Source: a bacterium (lineage in GTDB: Bacteria; UBA8248). From it: DNA of 64,000 bases. This document shows, in pieces, positions 1 through 7,974 of the stretch; the stretch's first letter is position 1; every line of letters starts with the position of its first letter. The position numbers were made by a program, and so were the translations under genes. A model generated the notes under the pieces. That model had not been told where the DNA came from. It made no database searches and saw nothing but the letters and a program-made list of their open reading frames with translations. The stretch lies in NCBI GenBank assembly GCA_965204535.1, contig CBDBEV010000001.1:640001-704000 (forward strand), in the 5' to 3' direction.

Positions 1-220
1 GGCGGTGACCGTTGCGGTAGCCCTGGCCGGGCTTCGCGCCGTGTTCGTAGTACTCCCGGCCCAAGGCGTCGCGGCTCTCCGCCTCCAGCGCCTCTTCCAC
101 GATGAGCCGCGTGGCGAGCTTCACCAGGTCGGCTCGCGCATCGGGACTCGACAGACGGCCTTCGATCAAGTCGGACAGGGATTGGCGAGTGTGCATCGAT
201 GCCTGTATTCTCTTCTTCAT
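1..220 (-). CDS. IS256-family transposase, N-terminal part (not in ORF track)
   Basis: Manual translation from ATG at 220: MKKRIQASMHTRQSLSDLIEGRL...LIVEEALEAESRDALGREYYEHGAKPGQGYRNGHR; the EAE..LG..YE....YRNG pattern is typical of IS256; GAGGAGG RBS upstream. Confidence 0.8.
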   Translation of the reverse strand, partial: MKKRIQASMHTRQSLSDLIEGRLSSPDARADLVKLATRLIVEEALEAESRDALGREYYEHGAKPGQGYRNGHR

Positions 221-325
221 GGGGTTGCCTCCTCGGTCGGACGCCGGCGCTCACCGGCACGGTTTTGTGGTTCCTCTACCGAGGATGCACCCCTCCAATT
301 TTTCCAGCAAGTTTAGGACTTCACC
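1..325 (-). mobile_element. IS256-family insertion sequence, left end (continues beyond window start)
   Basis: Transposase N-terminus on the minus strand; probable terminal sequence ggtgaagtcctaaacttgctggaaaaa ending near 325, after which composition turns AT-rich. Confidence 0.7.
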
Positions 326-424
326 TCTTAATCTGGATTCGAACGAAAGTAATGTATTGGTTTTGACAATCGTGCATGGTAAATTTAGTTATGTAGGACG
401 TTAAAGGAAATCGAAGGAGAGTCC

Positions 425-2233
425 TTGCAAGTCGCACTGCTTAAGATCGAGAATTTTCGGGGAATCCGGTCGGGTACAATACAGTTTCATAACCACACCG
501 TTCTGATAGGCCCTAACAACAGTGGTAAAACCACGATCATTGAGGCACTAGCGCTCGTGCTGGGCCGGGAGCGTCTGGTGCGCACCTTGACCGAGCACGA
601 TTTTTTTGGATCGAATCCTCAACCCGCTGATCGGATTAGCATCTTGGCAACGATCACGGGGTTCGAGCCGGAGGATTTTACAGCACACCCTGACTGGTTC
701 CGTGATGGACGTGGCGTTCCGAAATGGTTCGACCCTCAGACGGGAGAAGTGGTCGCCGAGCAAACGCATGAGAACCAATCGCTTGCGTGCCAGATCGCAT
801 TCGCCGCTCGATTTGACCATGAAAGCATAGAGGTCGAGACCGCTCGGTATTTTCACGATGACTCGGGTTTCGATGTTTTCGCGGAAGAAGGCTTTGTCAC
901 GGTTCCCCCAAAGCTTATCCGTGATGTCGGCTTTTTCCTCATTCCCGCAAGTCGCTCCTGGGATCGCATGCTTTCGTTCGGCTCCGAACTGTTCAGACGA
1001 GTAATTCGTACGGCTGGAGGATTGCCAGCGGAAACGGTCCTGGCCGAACGGGACCGATTGCGTAGTCCACAACAGCGGCTTGAAGACGATGAACGAATCC
1101 AGCCGATTGTAGATGAAGTCAATGCTGAGATCACGAATCTGTTGGGATTGGACATCAACCTGCAACTGAGGCTGACGGCAACGGACAGTAACAGCGTGCT
1201 CGAATCCATCGTGCCACATTTCCTGACCGGAGGGGAGCATGCTGTGCCATCGAAGCGAGAAGGGAGTGGTTTGATTTCGCTGCAAGTCCTGTTCTTGCTC
1301 TTACACTTCGGACAAAAACGACTCGAGAACGGCGAGAGTTTTTGTATGGCGCTTGAGGAGCCAGAGCTCCACCTTCCGCCAGCTGCACAGCGTCGAGTGC
1401 TGTCGCGTCTGCAATCACTTTCAACGCAAACGATTGTATCGACACACTCACCGTTAGTTGCAGGGTACTGCGATGCAACGGCTCTACTCGTTATCCGGAA
1501 TGACAGTGGTATGCTCAGCGCAGTACCGATGCTTGAACGACCTCTTGGGCAAGATGCGACAAACGCGATACGCAAGCTCTTCCAGATCAACCGGGTCGAA
1601 ACAGCGGCGGCAATGATGTGCGAATATATTATCGTGCCGGAAGGTAAGCTGGATTTCGACTGGCTGAGCCTTCTGATGCGGGCTGTAGAACTTGAGAAGG
1701 ATTCCGAGGAACTGTGCATGTTTGGCGTCCGGGTCGGATTGGTTCCGACAGGCGATGCAAAGATCAAGGAAACCTGCGAAATGCTCAGCAAGGCACACCC
1801 CAAGGTCTGTGCATTGGTAGACGGAGATACGGAAGGCAAGCGTTATGCGAGAGAGTTGGCTGAGCCCACTGCCGGTGTGGGTAAGGTGCTTTGTTGGCCG
1901 GATGAATGGATGATTGAAGATGTGGTTGGCTGGATAATTGAGGCGGATGAAGCTGAGGTGATGGAGCGATTAAGCAGGGAACTTGACGGCGTGACTGGTG
2001 ATCGTGCGGAACTCGTAGCGCAACTGAAATCCTATGATCGCACCCGATACGGGATGAAAGGCGATCTCATCGCTTATGAGGTTATTGCCAACGCCCTAGC
2101 TGATAATCCATCGTGCTTGCAGCGTGCACGCACAATGCTCCATGCGCTTGCTCAAGTATGCGCTGGTGAAACTACCCCGTATTTCGAGCAAGTGCGGGAC
2201 GATACCGTGTCTGGTTTGGTATTTAGACCATGA
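425..2233 (+). CDS. OLD-family ATP-dependent nuclease (ABC ATPase + TOPRIM), GajA-like
   Basis: IENFRGI, Walker A GPNNSGKT, Walker B LEEPELHLPP, H-loop STHSP, TOPRIM IVPEGKLD and LVDGD; GAAGGAG RBS before TTG. Confidence 0.85.
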   Translation: MQVALLKIENFRGIRSGTIQFHNHTVLIGPNNSGKTTIIEALALVLGRERLVRTLTEHDFFGSNPQPADRISILATITGFEPEDFTAHPDWFRDGRGVPKWFDPQTGEVVAEQTHENQSLACQIAFAARFDHESIEVETARYFHDDSGFDVFAEEGFVTVPPKLIRDVGFFLIPASRSWDRMLSFGSELFRRVIRTAGGLPAETVLAERDRLRSPQQRLEDDERIQPIVDEVNAEITNLLGLDINLQLRLTATDSNSVLESIVPHFLTGGEHAVPSKREGSGLISLQVLFLLLHFGQKRLENGESFCMALEEPELHLPPAAQRRVLSRLQSLSTQTIVSTHSPLVAGYCDATALLVIRNDSGMLSAVPMLERPLGQDATNAIRKLFQINRVETAAAMMCEYIIVPEGKLDFDWLSLLMRAVELEKDSEELCMFGVRVGLVPTGDAKIKETCEMLSKAHPKVCALVDGDTEGKRYARELAEPTAGVGKVLCWPDEWMIEDVVGWIIEADEAEVMERLSRELDGVTGDRAELVAQLKSYDRTRYGMKGDLIAYEVIANALADNPSCLQRARTMLHALAQVCAGETTPYFEQVRDDTVSGLVFRP

Positions 2234-3516
2234 CCGTTACCGCCTTCGAAGGTCCGGCCGGTACGGGGAAGACCCATAGCCTAATGGAACAACTCGCAGG
2301 TGCAGTCGAAAGGAATGCACTGGCTTCCCATGAGCGCGTTCTGGCGCTGACCTTTATGCATGGATCGAGACGGCGGCTCGATACGCGACTGCGTGAGATC
2401 GAAGCGCTCAGCGGGCGGTTCCAAGCGTCGACGTTGGATAGCTTTGCTTGGCGGCTGTGCCAGCGGTGGCGTTCACTTGCCCAGAGTCTCGGTCATGCCA
2501 TCCCTTCCGAAGGAAATTTTGACTTGACCTGCTCGCTCGCTGCTGCTTTGCTGGCCCGACCTGCTGTTAGCGCTTGGGTCTGTGCGTCCTATCCTTTCAT
2601 CGTCGTCGATGAGGCGCAGGATCTTAGCACCGAGCGATCCATGATGATCCAAGAAGCGGCGGTAGCATGTCATGTCCTACTAGCTTTCGATGAGTTCCAA
2701 TGCCTAAACCCGACCCTGCGCCCGATACCGATTCAGACATGGCTGCCGGAATTCTGCGAGCCTGTAAAACTTGATACATGCCGTCGTACCGAGGATGCCG
2801 AATTGCTTGAAGCGGCGCGGGCCGTGCGAGATGGACGCTCGGTAGATCGGGACGGACGGAGCTTTAAATTGGCGGTGACACCGGGCCGCCCCCAATATGC
2901 AGCCACTTACTTGGCAAATTTCATCGCTTGGCGTCGCGGCGGCAATGTCGCAGTGCTTACGCCGGCCCGTCGCGGCTTCGCCACCGACATTGTCGATCTT
3001 GTGCGAGCGGGGCCACTTGGAAAGAGTCGCCATGGACCGTTCCCGATCGAATGGGAAAACAGTGACGCAGCCGAACGCGATGCACTATGGGAAGGTTTGG
3101 CGATGCCTGCAAACTGCAACGTCTCCGATGCGCTTGCGCACCTGGAACCACACAGCCATTTGCCTGCAGTGAAGAGTTCCATGGAGTGGATCGGTCGTCA
3201 GCGGCGTGTTCTTGGCACCGACGAGTTCACGGCCAATGAAATCCAACGGCAGATTGACCGGGGGCTGGCGGCACGGCGTCACTATGGGAGCAGTGCTCGT
3301 ACGGAATACAGTGCGATGACGATCCATCAAGCGAAGAACCGGGAATTCGATCACGTTGTCATCATATGGCCGTACACGGTCCCAAGCGATGATGAGCAAA
3401 AGAGGCGATTGCTCTATAACGCGCTTACGCGTGCACGACGTAGTTGTCTAGTCCTAGTCCAGGCCCAGAAATTGGCTGATGCCCCTCCATTCGTGGGCGA
3501 AGCGGTTGTAGCCTGA
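2230..3516 (+). CDS. Short UvrD/Rep SF1 helicase, GajB-like
   Basis: GPAGTGKT, LALTF, VVDEAQD, TIHQAKNREFD, LLYNALTRAR; ATGA overlap with the upstream nuclease gene. Confidence 0.85.
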   Translation: MTVTAFEGPAGTGKTHSLMEQLAGAVERNALASHERVLALTFMHGSRRRLDTRLREIEALSGRFQASTLDSFAWRLCQRWRSLAQSLGHAIPSEGNFDLTCSLAAALLARPAVSAWVCASYPFIVVDEAQDLSTERSMMIQEAAVACHVLLAFDEFQCLNPTLRPIPIQTWLPEFCEPVKLDTCRRTEDAELLEAARAVRDGRSVDRDGRSFKLAVTPGRPQYAATYLANFIAWRRGGNVAVLTPARRGFATDIVDLVRAGPLGKSRHGPFPIEWENSDAAERDALWEGLAMPANCNVSDALAHLEPHSHLPAVKSSMEWIGRQRRVLGTDEFTANEIQRQIDRGLAARRHYGSSARTEYSAMTIHQAKNREFDHVVIIWPYTVPSDDEQKRRLLYNALTRARRSCLVLVQAQKLADAPPFVGEAVVA

Positions 3517-3857
3517 TCGTCCTGAATCAAGGCGATAACGGGTAGTCTTCATATCAGAGAGGCATTTTCGATGAGCAAGGTTTCAATCGCGAAAGCGGCA
3601 GCATCTTCTAGTGAGCATTGTTAACGTATCCTTGCTTAAGCAATATGTTAAGCACAAACTTGACTAGAATTGGCTAGAATTCGCTTACACAGATGTATGT
3701 CGCTTACTGCTAGACCTGTGCCAATCATACTTTTACATATGCTCATCTTAGTATTCTGCAATGATTAATAGAGTTAAAAAATGGGAATTATATAGGTGAG
3801 TAAGCAGACACCCCGCAAGGGGCGCTCCCCCCGGCGGGTTTCTATAGGAGTAAATCA

Positions 3858-4064
3858 ATGGATAGATTCAATCCTGAAAATTATCGATGGCCTGAATCGT
3901 GCTTTGAAGCTCCTTGGATAGAGCTCGGGCTTGATCCAGTTGAATATCATAAGAAGTATGGAGGGCGCATGCCTGTTGTTTCAGGGATTCCTCTGGATCA
4001 TCCGATAAGTGTTCTACAGAGGAAAAACCAAAAACAACAAGTCGGTGAGGAAAATCAGCCGTAA
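3858..4064 (+). CDS. Small hypothetical protein (transposon cargo)
   Basis: 68 aa ORF with TAGGAG RBS, followed by a terminator-like hairpin. Confidence 0.55.
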   Translation: MDRFNPENYRWPESCFEAPWIELGLDPVEYHKKYGGRMPVVSGIPLDHPISVLQRKNQKQQVGEENQP

Positions 4065-4134
4065 TATTCCAGTTTGTGATTATACGGGTTGTGCGGTCGT
4101 TCACGGTTCATCCTCCTTTTTGTTGGACAGACTG

Positions 4135-4175
4135 CGGCCCCGGAGTGTTGGGTTCTCCGGGGCCGTTTTTCTTCT
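4135..4175. terminator. Intrinsic terminator between convergent cargo genes
   Basis: CGGCCCCGGAG...CTCCGGGGCCG stem followed by TTTTTCTT. Confidence 0.6.
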
Positions 4176-4186
4176 TGTTGCCGATT

Positions 4187-4486
4187 CTACCTTCCGCGAA
4201 GCCTGAGCGCACATCCCTTGTTGTACTGGTAGCACTGGAGCAACATGTTGCGCTCGTCGGCCTGATCTTGGCGGTGCAGATCGTACTTCTGCTGAGGCGT
4301 CAGGCCGAAGCTGCGGGTGTAGGGCTTGGTTCCGTAGGGGTCGGACGGATTGTATTGGCACTGTTGCTGGTAGCTCCGTTGCTTGTGTGGCTGTGGGTAC
4401 AACGGTGTCCAGTATGGGCTCTGGACGGCCGCGATCGTCGGCACCAGAAGTGATATTGCAAAAGCCAGTGTAATTATGTGTTTCAT
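4187..4486 (-). CDS. Small secreted Q/Y/P-rich protein (99 aa)
   Basis: MKHIITLAFAISLLVPTIAA signal-peptide-like start; AGGGGG RBS; directly downstream of the YHYH-like gene. Confidence 0.6.
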   Translation of the reverse strand: MKHIITLAFAISLLVPTIAAVQSPYWTPLYPQPHKQRSYQQQCQYNPSDPYGTKPYTRSFGLTPQQKYDLHRQDQADERNMLLQCYQYNKGCALRLRGR

Positions 4487-4497
4487 GGGCATTCCCC

Positions 4498-4641
4498 CTA
4501 ATGACAGTGGTAGCTGACGCGGACGCCATTGACCCAAACCCAATGGCACCCTGAGAAGTTCTTGCCTCCACCATGCGCTGCCGCGAGCGCGGGCGCCAGG
4601 AGCAAAACGGTAATGAAGACGATTCCGGCCAATGTACGCAT
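4498..4641 (-). CDS. Secreted YHYH-domain-like peptide (47 aa)
   Basis: Signal peptide then AHGGGKNFSGCH...YHCH, matching the HxGG..xGCH...YHCH pattern; GGGAGGGAG RBS. Confidence 0.65.
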   Translation of the reverse strand: MRTLAGIVFITVLLLAPALAAAHGGGKNFSGCHWVWVNGVRVSYHCH

Positions 4642-5036
4642 ATGCACTCCCTCCCGGTCGCGAGTCCGGGCGCACCACGCACCCGGAAGTGCTCGCTCGT
4701 TGTGATGTACGGTGGGGTATGCTAGAACCGATGGTTCAACTGGTTGAATGGTGGCTAACCCCACCACGTGGGAGTCTCGGTTCCAGCCGGGGCTCCCACG
4801 CTCTTATTCTTTTGTTTTCCCGACAGCGCCGGGCCTTAGCATCGTCACAAGTAGTATGTGAAGTCCCGCCTATTCACCTTTTGCCAGGGGAGCTACCCCC
4901 GGTCGGGTTCAAGGCTGTTTTATTCGGCGAGTGACCCGACTAGAAGGTATCGGGTTCTACTCGCGACAATGCTATCCTGTGAATATGGGCAAAACGAGGT
5001 CGCTTGTTAAATGTCCAAAAGGGGTGGTGACGCCGT

Positions 5037-5065
5037 TTGACACAACGTGAGTCAAGCCAGATAAT
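5037..5065 (+). promoter_or_regulatory. Sigma70-like promoter with an overlapping palindrome
   Basis: TTGACA-N17-GATAAT; TTGAC...GTCAA inverted repeat overlaps the -35 box and spacer. Confidence 0.65.
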
Positions 5066-5096
5066 CGAAGTCCTGACAAAAAGGAGGGCGGATATC

Positions 5097-5228
5097 ATGG
5101 CTACCACCCAGAAGAAACCCCGCGGACGACCACCCAAGAAAATCATCCCACCGATACCACGGACGCCCGAGCAGGTCGCCAAGGCCATATTCGACGCCAA
5201 CGACAAGAAGCTACAGAAGACGGGCTGA
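5097..5228 (+). CDS. 43-aa basic protein with AT-hook-like motif
   Basis: MATTQKKPRGRPPKK...; AAGGAGG RBS and canonical promoter upstream. Confidence 0.65.
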   Translation: MATTQKKPRGRPPKKIIPPIPRTPEQVAKAIFDANDKKLQKTG

Positions 5229-5514
5229 GCCGAGAGGGCCGCTTTCTACGTAGGTTTTGAGTTCCTCGTGTTTCCTGCGTTGGCCGGTGGCCTGCCGCCC
5301 CTCTTGACAACGTCCGTAGCTTGTGGCTCAACGGATGAATGGTTAGATGAACAACCTCTTGTGTAATGCCTCCTTGGTCGGGAGGGGAGGCGCGAGAAAG
5401 GGGTTTATTATAACGAAGGTCAGGAGAGGGCTGTTGTTGGTTCTGCCCATTATGGCGATACGTGACGGGACTGCCCAGGGGGCCCTCTCCGGGCCGCGGG
5501 GACACTAATAAAAA

Positions 5515-5787
5515 ATGAGTCATACCTTGCTGGTGTTGCAAATGATATTGTTGCTCGTTCAAATTATAGGTGTATTTCTGCTTTATTATTATTGGAACTC
5601 ATTTGACACCCCACCCCCAAACGCTTTGATTGTATCAATGAGTGCAGTGCAGACCGTTTTGTCTGTGATGGTGGTTGTACTCATAATTGGGGGAACATGG
5701 GTGATACAAAAAGTATTAGAACAGGAAAAAACCAAAGAAAGAGGCTCAATTTCAATTTCTGCTTCTCAAAATAAGGAGGAGGATTAA
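5515..5787 (+). CDS. Small two-TM membrane protein (low-GC cargo)
   Basis: Two hydrophobic stretches; first of three tightly packed AT-rich ORFs. Confidence 0.55.
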   Translation: MSHTLLVLQMILLLVQIIGVFLLYYYWNSFDTPPPNALIVSMSAVQTVLSVMVVVLIIGGTWVIQKVLEQEKTKERGSISISASQNKEED

Positions 5788-5791
5788 GACA

Positions 5792-6109
5792 ATGAAAATT
5801 TGGGGCTCTGAGCAGGATGCTATTGATTACTTGCAAGGGCAAGTAGATCTCTGCCTCACAATCATTTTTTTTCTGGTCAGGGAAGGGTCTTTTAATAAAA
5901 AAACGCTAGAAAAAAACATTACGGACACTCTCTCTCGAAATATCGATATATACACCCCTAGCAGAATGAAAGGATTCAAAAATTCTTCCAATACGATTTT
6001 AGGGGAAGATGCTTTTGTAGGTAGAAGTGAGAAATTCTATGACATGCAAACCTATGACATACTAGGACTAGCTGATACCTTGAAGTTGAATCCAGAGAAA
6101 TGGTCTTAG
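5792..6109 (+). CDS. Hypothetical protein (low-GC cargo)
   Basis: 105 aa, GGAGGAGG RBS, 4 nt after the previous stop. Confidence 0.55.
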   Translation: MKIWGSEQDAIDYLQGQVDLCLTIIFFLVREGSFNKKTLEKNITDTLSRNIDIYTPSRMKGFKNSSNTILGEDAFVGRSEKFYDMQTYDILGLADTLKLNPEKWS

Positions 6110-6110
6110 G

Positions 6111-6395
6111 ATGAATGAAGCAGATATCGAAAAAATCAAGACAGATATTCGAAATATTGAAGTAAACCAACATGCGATACACGTTCTGATTCTTTTGCTA
6201 TTTACCTTCTCTGCGCCATCTAAAGATCTGCACGTATTGATAGAAAAATTTATGCGTTTGCTCGCAGTTACCCGAGATGGCTCAAATGTTGAAATTCTTG
6301 ATTTAAGCAAGGAAGCCCTTGAGGATATAAAAAAATTTTTCAGAGATATTCAAGAAACTTTAAATGAGCAGAGAGCGGAAAAGAATGATGCCTAA
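6111..6395 (+). CDS. Hypothetical helical protein (low-GC cargo)
   Basis: 94 aa, starts 1 nt after the previous stop; its stop overlaps the convergent transposase stop. Confidence 0.55.
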   Translation: MNEADIEKIKTDIRNIEVNQHAIHVLILLLFTFSAPSKDLHVLIEKFMRLLAVTRDGSNVEILDLSKEALEDIKKFFRDIQETLNEQRAEKNDA

Positions 6396-7030
6396 TTAGT
6401 GAGCTTCGCCCATGTAAGCCTTTTGCCCTCGAACCCCCGGACCACCGTGCCCATACGTTCGGCCGTCCCGAGCAAGCGGGTGTTGTGACGGCCGACAAAC
6501 TCCTGAACATAGCGATGCAGATGCCGGCGGTTCCAGAAGTGGTACGTTCCCTTGAAGCCGCGGCCGAGATTCTGTTTCTTGCGCCAGTGCTTGTTGCGCT
6601 CTAGGCCCCCGACGTACGTCTCATCGACTTCAACGGGGCCCTCTATCATGGCCTCGCCCTGCATCCAGCCTTCACGGATTCGGTGGCCCATAAACCAGGC
6701 GGTCCTCTGCGTGACGTCCAAGTATTCGGCCAGCCTGGTGCTCGGTATGCCCTTAGGGTTGGTGGTCAGCAGAAATATGGCGATGGCCCACTTGCGGAGC
6801 GGCAGCTTGGACCGGTGCATCGGCGTTCCGGTCCGGACACTGAAATGACGCCGGCAATCAGCGCACCAGTACGGTAGGGGTTTCTTGTTGGGGGCTGGCG
6901 ACACGTTGGTCGAGCCGCAACACGGGCAGATGAGCCCATCCTTCCAACGGACCCGTTCGAACCACTGGCGCGCCGCTTCATCGTCTGGGAACGTGTTGAG
7001 AATCTGTAGCAAAGGTATTCGTAGGGGCAT
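6392..7030 (-). pseudogene. IS1595-family transposase with in-frame internal deletion
   Basis: Zn ribbon CPCCGS...YWCADC, FSVRTGT, VEVDETYVGG, then LGRG joined directly to FKGTYH...HLHRYVQEF; central catalytic segment absent; only 212 aa. Confidence 0.85.
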
Positions 7031-7274
7031 TTCGGGAACCTCCCCATCGTTTGGGTGAAAGTTACCATTCCCGAAAAACGCAATGTGAACACAATATCGG
7101 TCGGCAGGTTGATTCTGTCAAATGTGTGATATGATCGGTTGAAATGAGGACGCACCCTTGCCAAGGGGTGTGAAGCGCTACAGAAAAGACAGGGATGTCC
7201 TTTCTGTAACGCATTCCTCGAAAAAATGCAAGTCCATTTTTACGGAGAAGATGCGCCTACAGGAGGGGAGAGAA

Positions 7275-7445
7275 ATGCAAATACCAGACATCCGACCGTT
7301 CCATGAATATCCTATCAGAGATCCTCTCCCTGAACCTGTCCGTCACAAAGTAAAAATCGTTCTAGACCGCTTGTGTTTCCAAAAACGATTGGAAGAACTT
7401 GAGGAAAAGTATAGTGACTGGGGCCGAAAAGACTGGTATCCATAA
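7275..7445 (+). CDS. Small hypothetical protein
   Basis: 56 aa from ATG 7275 with AGGAGGGGAG RBS. Confidence 0.45.
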   Translation: MQIPDIRPFHEYPIRDPLPEPVRHKVKIVLDRLCFQKRLEELEEKYSDWGRKDWYP

Positions 7446-7455
7446 GGAGAAGAAA

Positions 7456-7644
7456 ATGGGATCGGAAACAAAAGGCAAAACTCGCGCCGTAGACTTCATC
7501 CATATCGTTCCAGAAGAAGGTATTGTTACTGTGAAATTCAAGGATGGCGCTGAGGCAAGAATACCTAAAGACGGCCTAGAGCTTATACAAATGAAGGTTG
7601 GTGATATCGTTCTCCAGGCCAGCAGATCAGTTGAGCCCGAGTAG
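7456..7644 (+). CDS. Small hypothetical protein
   Basis: 62 aa with AAGGAG RBS; ends just before the right TIR. Confidence 0.5.
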   Translation: MGSETKGKTRAVDFIHIVPEEGIVTVKFKDGAEARIPKDGLELIQMKVGDIVLQASRSVEPE

Positions 7645-7974
7645 CCTTTGCTTACTCACCTATATAATTCCCTAAAAAATAGTGTTGCCAGAAACGGGGA
7701 AGTTCTGAAAATCATATTTTCAATATGCTAAAATTTGTAGCGATAGGATTTGAACCTGCGATCTTGATGCGAAGAACCTAAATGACCTGTTCTGCACATT
7801 TCTCTCGCAACGTTTACGAAAATCTATATTCTTTGGTGGTGGTAACCTGGTGAAGCTACACGAAGTTCTGCTCTTGTCATTCAGCTATCTTGCCAAGCCC
7901 TCATGGACTCTTTTTCACGGTCTCTGCTCGAGGCATGATGTCTCACCTAACTTCACATGAGCGGTTTTTCGATT

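Larger units (their letters stand above)
3783..7672. mobile_element. IS1595-family transposon with passenger genes, probably non-autonomous
   Basis: Perfect 24-bp inverted repeats GGGAATTATATAGGTGAGTAAGCA (3783-3806 and 7649-7672), 8-bp direct repeat TAAAAAAT (3775-3782 and 7673-7680), IS1595 transposase inside. Confidence 0.93.

Noticed and set aside
363-392. Sigma70 promoter for the OLD nuclease
   Set aside because: TTGACA is present but there is no convincing -10 at 16-18 nt spacing
4725-4800. tRNA gene
   Set aside because: No acceptor stem closing the cloverleaf, and the anticodon-like and T-like loops are 6 nt; kept only as an sRNA candidate
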